From IMG/VR virus record IMGVR_UViG_3300002835_000017: DNA of 64,000 bases; one strand, 5' to 3'. Under the pieces are notes generated by a model. That model had not been told where the DNA came from. It worked only from the letters and a program-made list of their open reading frames with translations, and searched no databases. Position 1 is the first letter of the stretch. Each line of letters begins with the position of its first letter. The position numbers were made by a program, and so were the translations under genes. The stretch comes from a virus. This document shows, one piece after another, positions 1-8,534 of the stretch.

Positions 1-47
1 TCTCTAATTGTTTGCTTAACAAACTCTTTTAGTTGATGTAGTTTCAT
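1..47 (-). CDS. 5' end of hypothetical protein (MKLHQLKEFVKQTIRE...), runs off window
   Basis: ATG at 47, open frame to the window edge, preceded by the TATTTATA motif at 80-87. Confidence 0.6.
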   Translation of the reverse strand, partial: MKLHQLKEFVKQTIR

Positions 48-95
48 TACTTTTATTTTGTATTACGCCTTCTTTACTGTATAAATATATATATT

Positions 96-1625
96 TTATT
101 TATCCATTGTAGATTTACCGAAAACTCTTTGTATTTGTGATTTACCAGAAGAACCTACCTTTGATTGTAATATTTTAAGTGCTTCCTTTTTCAAATCAAT
201 AGGATGTGAATCGAACCATTCAATAGTACCTTCATTACTTTTTATTGCTCTTCGTCTCTGTCCACCATCATCAATATAATCGGTATAAAAATCATAATGT
301 CTTAATATGAAATCTGCTAATTCTTTTCCATTTTTTGCGGGTGCGTTTTGAATTGCTTCGTTCATAGATTCATATTTAATCATATCTGGATTAAACTTTT
401 CAAAATTCTTTCTTGCCCATTTTACGGCATCTTCATAAGAATTAAATTTAATCCTATCCTGTTTGAACCCTTTTTTCTTATTTAAAAAATCAATATAAAC
501 TTTATCTTCATTTACTGATTCACTAACTACCTTATCGCCCCAAAACGATACTGATGGCATGTTTCCGAATGTTGTATCATATTTAGAATCAATGCCAAAT
601 CTTGATTTTAGGATTTTAACTACCCCACTACCAAATTTTTTATCTGTTAGTTTAAGATAAACTTTATTCTTATTACCACCATCTTTAATTTGCCCACTTA
701 CAAATTTTGAACCTATTGATTTGATAATATCATCTACTACATCTGCAACGAGGTATCCTTTCAAATCAGATTCGTTTACTGATTCTTCTACTCTATTCAT
801 TTTCTCATCCGATACCCAATATGCCGTTGAACCACCGATTGAATTACGGAACATCTTTTCCATTTTTTCAGCGTATTTTTTAGCATCATTATATGAACTA
901 AATACCATTGGCTTACCAGTTGTTTTAAAGGTTTTTGGGTCAAATTCTTTTTCCAAATCTTTACCCTGTCCTCTACCTCTGTTGTAGCTTACATAGTATT
1001 TACCTTCGTTTATAGATTCTTTTAAGGTTCTTTTTTTAAGAATTATTTGTTGAATTTGTGAAAATATAGATTGTATATCTTTATCTAACTGCTTTTCATC
1101 TGCACTCATTGGTGATTCTATATCAACATTAGAGTAAAGTTTTTTCTTTTTAGCAATTAGAACATCTACCTTTTTAATTAAATCGTTTTTTACCTTATCT
1201 AAATCCTTTATGATTTCAGATGGAGTTTCTTCGTTTACTACACTATATCCAGTCAAATCAGCTTGTCTCTTTCCCTTCTTTTCTTCACTATCTTTACCGC
1301 TAAATGCAAATGGAGTATTGTATCCTTCAACACCACCAGTAGTATTCATTTCATCTACTTTTAATTCGGCATCTTTATACATATCACTAACTTTAGCATT
1401 TAATTCATCTGCTAATTTCTTCTTTTGAGTAGTTAGTGTTTTTAATTTTTGTATATGTTCTTTTTCAGCGGGAGTACCTTTGGATTTTTTATATGCTTCC
1501 AAATGCTTTTCCATTGCATCAATTACTTTTGAATAATCAGTTTGAATAGCTTTAACTGAACGTAATTCAGCCAACACCATTTCTTTGATTTTATTAGATA
1601 CTATAGTATTATTTGTAATTGACAT
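96..1625 (-). CDS. Modular putative internal head protein with repeated ES(V/I/M)NE linkers
   Basis: 509 aa; short modules separated by VVNEE, LKESINE, EESVNE, SESVNE, YESMNE; located downstream of portal. Confidence 0.55.
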   Translation of the reverse strand: MSITNNTIVSNKIKEMVLAELRSVKAIQTDYSKVIDAMEKHLEAYKKSKGTPAEKEHIQKLKTLTTQKKKLADELNAKVSDMYKDAELKVDEMNTTGGVEGYNTPFAFSGKDSEEKKGKRQADLTGYSVVNEETPSEIIKDLDKVKNDLIKKVDVLIAKKKKLYSNVDIESPMSADEKQLDKDIQSIFSQIQQIILKKRTLKESINEGKYYVSYNRGRGQGKDLEKEFDPKTFKTTGKPMVFSSYNDAKKYAEKMEKMFRNSIGGSTAYWVSDEKMNRVEESVNESDLKGYLVADVVDDIIKSIGSKFVSGQIKDGGNKNKVYLKLTDKKFGSGVVKILKSRFGIDSKYDTTFGNMPSVSFWGDKVVSESVNEDKVYIDFLNKKKGFKQDRIKFNSYEDAVKWARKNFEKFNPDMIKYESMNEAIQNAPAKNGKELADFILRHYDFYTDYIDDGGQRRRAIKSNEGTIEWFDSHPIDLKKEALKILQSKVGSSGKSQIQRVFGKSTMDK

Positions 1626-1636
1626 TTTAAATTAGT

Positions 1637-1861
1637 TTAAGCTAATACATAAACAGAACCACCATTGGTTACTGCTATACTTTTAACGTAACACGGAAAA
1701 GGTTCTCCTGCAGTTAAATGTGCTAATGAAATAGTTGTTCCACCTTCTAACGTAATTGTTCCAGTCACACCACTTACAGGTAATACACCCCAAACTCTAT
1801 CTATTAATGAAGCCGAACCTGATGTTACTAATTTTGCGTTATATGTTCTATAATTTGACAT
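1637..1861 (-). CDS. Small beta-rich virion protein, possibly head spike base/decoration protein
   Basis: 74 aa, GTITLEGG..AGEPFPCYVKSI pattern reminiscent of small capsid spike-base proteins; head region. Confidence 0.35.
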   Translation of the reverse strand: MSNYRTYNAKLVTSGSASLIDRVWGVLPVSGVTGTITLEGGTTISLAHLTAGEPFPCYVKSIAVTNGGSVYVLA

Positions 1862-1864
1862 TTT

Positions 1865-2740
1865 TTATTTATTTAAACTATTTTTTAATTCTTTTAATAA
1901 TTCATAACTCATCATCATTGCGGATAGATGTTGTTCCTTAATTTTTTTAACCGATTTAATTTTTCTAATATTAGATATGGTTTCCGCTAATTTGATTTTT
2001 GTTACTTTATCTGGTATTTTAGAACCAACTTCCTTTAACCCATTGATTAATTTAATAATTTCGGTTGAAATATATTCATTCAATTTACCAGTGTTATTAA
2101 TATTATTTATATATTCTCTTAATAAAAGTTTTTGTTCTTCTGTAAGATTTTTATATTTGTTATTAAATGATTCTACTAGCATCTTATAAGATATTGCTCT
2201 CAAATCCTCATCCTGTTTTTTATATTCTTCTAAAACTGCATCTTTGATTCTAGCTTCTTTATTTTGAATAGATGAATTTATAATATTTTCAGCAATAGTA
2301 AATCTAGAACTTACAATATCAGTTGGGTCATATTGTTCATTAGTTGATACTACTTCAAATATTTTATAAATAGATGCTAATGTTTTGTAGTTAGAAATTG
2401 GAGATTTAATAAACTCATCTAAACCATAAGTTTCTTTAATTTGTTTAATTAAATTATACTTTTCTTTTATAAGCTTCTTTTCATCCAATTGTTTGCGTGC
2501 ATCTAAAATCGTATCTATAAATTTTTCAGCTTTAACTTCTGAATTATATTTTTCATTTATTAAAAATTGATATAATTTTAATTCTTTAGATAATTCTTTT
2601 TTAGCATTAAAATGTTCTTTCAATATAGTTTCCGCTACTGATTTACTAGAAGACATGATTTCAGATGTAATCTGTCTTACCAATAATTCAAATATAAATC
2701 CAGTATTCTTAAATTTAGAATGTTTAATTTTTTTCATCAA
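1865..2740 (-). CDS. Hypothetical alpha-helical head-region protein
   Basis: 291 aa, immediately downstream of portal, own TATTTATA motif at 2759-2766. Confidence 0.6.
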   Translation of the reverse strand: MMKKIKHSKFKNTGFIFELLVRQITSEIMSSSKSVAETILKEHFNAKKELSKELKLYQFLINEKYNSEVKAEKFIDTILDARKQLDEKKLIKEKYNLIKQIKETYGLDEFIKSPISNYKTLASIYKIFEVVSTNEQYDPTDIVSSRFTIAENIINSSIQNKEARIKDAVLEEYKKQDEDLRAISYKMLVESFNNKYKNLTEEQKLLLREYINNINNTGKLNEYISTEIIKLINGLKEVGSKIPDKVTKIKLAETISNIRKIKSVKKIKEQHLSAMMMSYELLKELKNSLNK

Positions 2741-2784
2741 TTTTTATAATTTGTCAGATATAAATATATTTTTATATTTCTTTA

Positions 2785-4527
2785 TTACCGTTTGGTTAAA
2801 TCTTCTGTCAAAATAGTTTTTTTATTACCATCCATATCTTTAAAAACTTCAAAATATGAACTCTTTCTTGGTTTATACGCAACCGAACCTTCTTTTGCTT
2901 TAAGAGTTTTTATTCCCAATGGGTCTCTACCTTCGGGATGGTCATCATGCCCATATCTAACAGGGTCTTTTGGTCTACCAACTTGTCCATCTAATTCAAG
3001 TTTCAATTTATTTAATTCTTCTTCAACATTAGTTGGACCACCTTCTACTCCTGTTTCCTTTGCAGGGTCTGTTCCTTGTGTTTCAATTGAAGTTAAACGG
3101 AATGTTTGTTTAGTATCTTCTAATACCTGCAACGTCATTTCATCCTGCTCATCTTTTGCCATCTTCATAACAGATTCATACATCCATTCTTTAGAGAACA
3201 TTTTTGTTTGTTGCATTTGTTGAATTAGGGCTACTTTAGAAGTGTATAATTCAACTTGCTCCTGCTCATAAATTCTAGATGGAACGGTTAATTCCAATGT
3301 AAAATCTGTTAAACGGTCATCGTTAATACCCTGTGAGTATAAGTGAACGATTGCAATTTTAGTTAATTCAGAAATTAATACTCTTTGAACTCTTTCAATT
3401 GTTTTAGCAAAACGGATATCCATTGATGCCAATGTTGCTTTACCATTAGTATCTTCTTCATAACCCAAATAAGCTTTTGGAATTTTAAGTGCAGCCATCA
3501 ACTTACCTTTTAAGTAGTTGATATCATCAATCATATTGTATTCTAAACCTTTTAACGTATCAATTGAAGTTCCATTATCACTACCTCGAACTGGCATATA
3601 ATAATCTTCAATAAGATTCATCATATTGTACTTTAAGTTGTACTCGCCTGTTTTTTCATCAACGAATGGAACTTTCTTCGATGCGTTGATAATTTTCTGC
3701 ATGTAGTTATCCACTTCGTTTGGTGGGATATTACCAACATCCACTTTAAAAATTCTCTTTTCAGGAGCTCTCATCACTCTGTGAATTAACATTGCATCTT
3801 CCATCAACATTAATTGTTTCCACACTCTTCTAGCTCCTTCAACCATAGACTTTCCATAAGGTAAGAAGTTTGAATCACCGTTTAAACGGAAGTGAGCAAT
3901 TTCATAATTTTCAAATTCCTTTTTAGTAGTCTGACCTACCGCCATATATGGATTTTGATATGGGGCATATACGAATTTAACTCTTTGTGGATTTTCAGGG
4001 TCAAATCCTTCTACTCTACTCATTTCGTATGATGATAATGGCATTACGTTTATAATTCCCAATTCATCCGCAATTTCTAATTCTAAAAAGAAATCACCGT
4101 ATTTTACCAAGTTTCGTGTCCAAGGCCAAAGGTTAAATTCTACATTAAGAATATCATAAAAAAGATTTTCTAATATTTGTTTAACATTATCATCATCGTG
4201 ATGAATTTTTAAAATATTACCTTGCTCATTTTTAGCAGTACATTCATCTGCATATACATCCAATGCGGATGATAAAATCGGGTCCATATCCATTGAATCG
4301 TAATCTCTGAAAAGGTCAATACGAACTTGCTGATATGCCATTGCAGATTCTACCCCACCTACACCGTAGTTACTCACTTTGAGCTTCATATAACGGTCTA
4401 CAAGGTTAGTTGTCATATTCTGATACTCATCCGTATCGACTATTTTAACTCCCTTTGCCGTTTTTCTAACTATGGTATTAGTTGAAAATAATTTTTGTAA
4501 CCTACCGAATAATGTTTTATCTGCCAT
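2785..4527 (-). CDS. Portal protein (T4 gp20-like)
   Basis: Motifs PYGKSMVE, LMEDAMLIHRVMRAPEKRIFKVDVGNIPP, EDYYMPVRG typical of gp20 family; near terminase. Confidence 0.93.
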   Translation of the reverse strand: MADKTLFGRLQKLFSTNTIVRKTAKGVKIVDTDEYQNMTTNLVDRYMKLKVSNYGVGGVESAMAYQQVRIDLFRDYDSMDMDPILSSALDVYADECTAKNEQGNILKIHHDDDNVKQILENLFYDILNVEFNLWPWTRNLVKYGDFFLELEIADELGIINVMPLSSYEMSRVEGFDPENPQRVKFVYAPYQNPYMAVGQTTKKEFENYEIAHFRLNGDSNFLPYGKSMVEGARRVWKQLMLMEDAMLIHRVMRAPEKRIFKVDVGNIPPNEVDNYMQKIINASKKVPFVDEKTGEYNLKYNMMNLIEDYYMPVRGSDNGTSIDTLKGLEYNMIDDINYLKGKLMAALKIPKAYLGYEEDTNGKATLASMDIRFAKTIERVQRVLISELTKIAIVHLYSQGINDDRLTDFTLELTVPSRIYEQEQVELYTSKVALIQQMQQTKMFSKEWMYESVMKMAKDEQDEMTLQVLEDTKQTFRLTSIETQGTDPAKETGVEGGPTNVEEELNKLKLELDGQVGRPKDPVRYGHDDHPEGRDPLGIKTLKAKEGSVAYKPRKSSYFEVFKDMDGNKKTILTEDLTKR

Positions 4528-4550
4528 TTTAATATTTTATATCTAATTAA

Positions 4551-4582
4551 TAAAGATAAGTAAATTTTTTCAATTTTCCAAA
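4551..4582 (-). promoter_or_regulatory. Bacteroidota-type promoter variant upstream of portal
   Basis: Minus strand TTTG-N20-TATCTTTA, one mismatch to the -7 consensus TAnnTTTG. Confidence 0.5.
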
Positions 4583-4583
4583 T

Positions 4584-5522
4584 TTACCATTTTCTACAAG
4601 ACCAATAGTTTGCTTTATGTCTTGGGCCTGGACTATCACAATTCATTCTTGCTCTAAATGATTTTCTAGCTGCAGGATTTGATTTTCTGATTTTCATTCC
4701 TTTTTGTCCAAAGTTTACCTTAACAACATTACCTTGTGGGTTCTTAACATATACTTTGAATTTCTTAACATCACCTTGCATTGGTTTACCCAATTGTACT
4801 TCTCTACCTTGATATTCTGCTTCTCTCAAACATTGACAACCTTCATTTAAGTTTTTATCATATCCTCGCATAAAAGCAATGAAGTCTTCCATATCCTCAT
4901 CTTCAACATCGTATTCTTCTGGTTCAACGTATCCGTAGTTTACATCATCATCTGAATTGATATCTTCACTTATAGGAACGCAATTAGGAACTTGTCTACC
5001 TCCCTTATCTTTCATACCAACTTGCTTATATCCATCCCAACAAGCCTCATTTAATTCCACACTTTCACTGCAAGTTTTCCAACCACCACCTTTTTCTTTG
5101 TAGTTTTTTGCAGCCCATCCGTTTGCGTATGCTGATGGATAAACATCAAATTTAGATTTTGCTGCTGCTTTAGATGCTGCCCATTTACCTGCATCGGTTG
5201 GGCAATTCTTTTCTAAAAATAGGTTTATTTTTTCTTCTATACTCATAGTTTCATTTTTTGGTTTGGTTGAAACATTTATTGGTTTTTTGCCTTGTCCACT
5301 ACTATCTTTACCACCTCTACCCGCATCATTTTGTGCAGCTCTTTTTCTTCTAGTAGCACTTTCTTTTTCTTTTTTACTCATTCCAGCAGCTTTTGCCGCA
5401 GGAACACATTTTGCATAACCCCTTTTTTCTCCCGAAGTTCCGCATGGCGGATGCTTACCATCGACTTTTTTGCCGATGTTTACCCATTTTTCTTTAAACC
5501 ATTTATCTAAATCTTCGTTCAT
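4584..5522 (-). CDS. Modular basic, Cys-containing phage protein
   Basis: Modules DLDKWFKEKWV..., YPSAYANGW, CWDGYKQVGMK..VPNCVP, AEYQGREV...RKSFRARMNC...ANYWSCRKW separated by xNE/xRE linkers. Confidence 0.65.
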   Translation of the reverse strand: MNEDLDKWFKEKWVNIGKKVDGKHPPCGTSGEKRGYAKCVPAAKAAGMSKKEKESATRRKRAAQNDAGRGGKDSSGQGKKPINVSTKPKNETMSIEEKINLFLEKNCPTDAGKWAASKAAAKSKFDVYPSAYANGWAAKNYKEKGGGWKTCSESVELNEACWDGYKQVGMKDKGGRQVPNCVPISEDINSDDDVNYGYVEPEEYDVEDEDMEDFIAFMRGYDKNLNEGCQCLREAEYQGREVQLGKPMQGDVKKFKVYVKNPQGNVVKVNFGQKGMKIRKSNPAARKSFRARMNCDSPGPRHKANYWSCRKW

Positions 5523-5555
5523 CTATAAGAGTTTCAATATATAAATATAAAAAAA

Positions 5556-7163
5556 TTAACGAAGTAACCAAGTTAAGTTTTCTACCTCACCTCTACCCAC
5601 TTCCATTTCATACGGATTCTTGCCAGACCAGCCTGTGGAATATACTCCATCAAACTGATTTATTTGAGTTGAATTCAACATACTCTTTGTTAAATCAATT
5701 CCTTCTTGTCTCAAACGAAGTGCGGTGTTACGAACCCAAAGTCCGATTGCTAATGCCATTACCAAGTCATCATTGTATCCCTTCATTGCTTCTGCTCTAC
5801 CACCATGCCAAATAAATGTAAACATTTCATCTATCAATCTACCACTACGAATGAGGATATCCTTATCACTCATGTATGTATCCAATGCTGATATGATAAG
5901 AGGACGGGTTTTGGATGTTGTAGAGAATCCAGCAACCATTTGTTTTTCATCTCTATAAAACTTATTACTCATTTGTTTTTCAACATCAATATATTTTAGG
6001 TCATTACTCATATAGAATAAATTACCATACTGTCTATCAATTATTTGTTGAATACATGCCCAACCTACGTTTGAGTTTTCTACGACTAATAGAGCGTTAT
6101 TATATTCCGTTGCCAACGATGTTAAAAAATTACCAAAATGTTTTGTTTCAATCTTACCTCTGTATTCGGCTACTTGCGTACAATCTTCAATATCAATTAT
6201 TTGTGCAGTAGAATAATCGGCCCCATCTCCCCTTGCAACGTCAGCTACAACCATATATTGTTTATTGTAATTTGGATATTCCCAAATCCATAAATTATTA
6301 TCAAACCCTCTTTTTTCAATCGGGTCCATTACATAGGTATCTTTATACCAAGTCAATAATGCAGGGTCAATTATGGTATCACCAGAACCGATGAAGTCAC
6401 AATCACATTCTTGTGCCGAACCTTTAACTCCCAAAATACGGGTTTGTTCATCTCTCCACGCCTGATTTCTTTCAGGGTGAACTGTCCAATGTAGATTGAT
6501 ACAATTAAATCCGTTTGCACCACTCTCACCATCTACCCACATTTTGTGAAACCAGTTACCCACACCATTCGGAGTAGATAATACAATTGCAGCTCCACCC
6601 GTTGATAGAGTAGATTGCGCTGATAACCAAATTTCATCAATATCTCTAATGAATGCAGCCTCATCCACTACCAATAGGGATAGGGCTTCAGAACGTCCTG
6701 CATCAGGTGAGGATGCGATTGCTTTGACCTGTGAACCGTTTTTTAATTTAAGTGATAGTTTGTTATCTTCAGCTGCCGCAGTTCCTCCATCCCTCAACCA
6801 AACGGGAAGTAAATCGTGCATTACCCTAACTTTTTCTACGAGATTTTTAGCTACCGTCACTTTTGTTGCAATAACCAATGCATTATAATCCTGATTGAAT
6901 ATCATTTTCCAAAGAATAAATCCCGCAGAAAGAGTTGATAAACCTAACTGACGAGATTTTAGAATGATATTAAAACGATGGTCTTTAAAATCAGTTAAGC
7001 AATCCTCTTGAAAAGAATAAAGGTGAAAGGGTATTTTCCCTCTCACCGGATGTTGAATAACACAATATTTCTTCATAAAGTAAATGGGGTCTCCCGCGCA
7101 TTTACGATATTCTTCAGAAATTATTTCTTTTAAAGTTTTTTTTGGTTGTCCTTGAACTCCCAT
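5556..7163 (-). CDS. terL: Terminase large subunit (T4 gp17-like)
   Basis: Walker A KSRQLGLST, Walker B LLVVDEAAFI, STPNG motif, nuclease motifs VADVARGDGADYS and NDDLVMA. Confidence 0.95.
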   Translation of the reverse strand: MGVQGQPKKTLKEIISEEYRKCAGDPIYFMKKYCVIQHPVRGKIPFHLYSFQEDCLTDFKDHRFNIILKSRQLGLSTLSAGFILWKMIFNQDYNALVIATKVTVAKNLVEKVRVMHDLLPVWLRDGGTAAAEDNKLSLKLKNGSQVKAIASSPDAGRSEALSLLVVDEAAFIRDIDEIWLSAQSTLSTGGAAIVLSTPNGVGNWFHKMWVDGESGANGFNCINLHWTVHPERNQAWRDEQTRILGVKGSAQECDCDFIGSGDTIIDPALLTWYKDTYVMDPIEKRGFDNNLWIWEYPNYNKQYMVVADVARGDGADYSTAQIIDIEDCTQVAEYRGKIETKHFGNFLTSLATEYNNALLVVENSNVGWACIQQIIDRQYGNLFYMSNDLKYIDVEKQMSNKFYRDEKQMVAGFSTTSKTRPLIISALDTYMSDKDILIRSGRLIDEMFTFIWHGGRAEAMKGYNDDLVMALAIGLWVRNTALRLRQEGIDLTKSMLNSTQINQFDGVYSTGWSGKNPYEMEVGRGEVENLTWLLR

Positions 7164-7164
7164 A

Positions 7165-7815
7165 TTATTTTTTTAATTTAATCTTCCAATATGTTCCAAA
7201 TCCAACATAAGGAGAGAATGCACCATTTATTCCATCGGTAGTTCTATTATTAACACCGATATTTAAGTTGTATATTTTATCTTTTTTTGTTTTAAGAATT
7301 AGACCAGCTCCTACTGCAGATACATAATCTTCTTTGTTGAATCCCCCATTCAAACCAAAATACACCTGATTTTTTGCAGGTTCTTTAACGATTAATTCTT
7401 CTTTGATGATTCTTTCTCTAACTTTAGCATCAAATGTTCTACCTAAAATTCTGTTTTGAGATATAGTATCAGTTACAGATACCGTTCCCAATGAATCAGG
7501 TAATACCAATACATCTTTGTATAATACTTTTGAGTAATAATTTTTAAGTAATGCCGCAGTATCTATATTAGATGGAATAAAAACTTCTTTCTCTACGATT
7601 GTTTCGTGATAAATATCTTCTCCTCTTTTAGTTACAACTTTAGTTTTGATTACATCAACGGTATCAATTGTATGTTTAATAACTTCATATTTTTTACCAT
7701 CTATTGTAATAGTTCTACCACCTGGCATAACTCCACCTGGATTAAACCATTGTAATAACACATAAATAATCAATGCTGCTATAGCAATGTTCTTAAAATT
7801 CAATAATTTTTTCAT
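7165..7815 (-). CDS. Membrane-anchored protein, possible spanin-like lysis protein
   Basis: N-terminal hydrophobic helix IAIAALIIYVLLQWF; C-terminal amphipathic beta strands ending GFGTYWKIKLKK. Confidence 0.4.
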   Translation of the reverse strand: MKKLLNFKNIAIAALIIYVLLQWFNPGGVMPGGRTITIDGKKYEVIKHTIDTVDVIKTKVVTKRGEDIYHETIVEKEVFIPSNIDTAALLKNYYSKVLYKDVLVLPDSLGTVSVTDTISQNRILGRTFDAKVRERIIKEELIVKEPAKNQVYFGLNGGFNKEDYVSAVGAGLILKTKKDKIYNLNIGVNNRTTDGINGAFSPYVGFGTYWKIKLKK

Positions 7816-7820
7816 AATTT

Positions 7821-8489
7821 TTAATTTTTTATAAGCTCTGAATGATTTAATTCTCGTAACTTATCTTCTAATGCTAACTTTCTTTCTAATAATGCTTCTA
7901 TTGCATCGTATGCTCCATCAATATCAGTTTTTAAATCAACTTTTACTTTTTCAATATCAATATCCCATTGCCATTTACTAAATGAACCATCTTCGTTAAG
8001 CATTTCAATTTGTTGAGTTACACTATTAAATGCTTCTTCTAATTGTGATTTAGTATCTCTAACAAAATCTAATTTATTTAATGTTATTCTATAATCTTCA
8101 TAAAACGCCCAACTACCATCTTCTCGTAGTGATTGTTCTATTTTTCTCATACAAGTTACACAATATCCAGTTCTAACAATTAATTTTTTATCTGCATTAC
8201 TATATTGTATTGTTCCACAATTTTCAGAAGAACAAGTTGTTAATTTTTTTAAATATTCTCTGGCATCATCTAATTTGGTGGTATTAATTTTGAAACCTTC
8301 TTTTTGTTCCCATTCATTACCAGCTTCATCTACCCAAATTTCTCCAACTTCTTTTTTTGTTTCATCTGCCTTTTCATAACCAAACACATTTTGATTATCA
8401 TCGGTTCTACCAAATACCGTATCTATAATTAGTTTACGAGATTTGTGTATGTGTTTATTTTTTTCGTCAAAACTTTTTCTTTTTGTCAT
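7821..8489 (-). CDS. Hypothetical protein with putative Zn-binding cysteines
   Basis: 222 aa; CSSENC and CVTC; coiled-coil C-terminus. Confidence 0.6.
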   Translation of the reverse strand: MTKRKSFDEKNKHIHKSRKLIIDTVFGRTDDNQNVFGYEKADETKKEVGEIWVDEAGNEWEQKEGFKINTTKLDDAREYLKKLTTCSSENCGTIQYSNADKKLIVRTGYCVTCMRKIEQSLREDGSWAFYEDYRITLNKLDFVRDTKSQLEEAFNSVTQQIEMLNEDGSFSKWQWDIDIEKVKVDLKTDIDGAYDAIEALLERKLALEDKLRELNHSELIKN

Positions 8490-8534
8490 TTTTCTATATT
8501 GTTATAACCTATTTATTAATAATATATATTAAAT

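Noticed and set aside
5556-7163. Intein or intron in terminase
   Set aside because: Normal length with continuous motifs; no splicing or homing nuclease motifs seen
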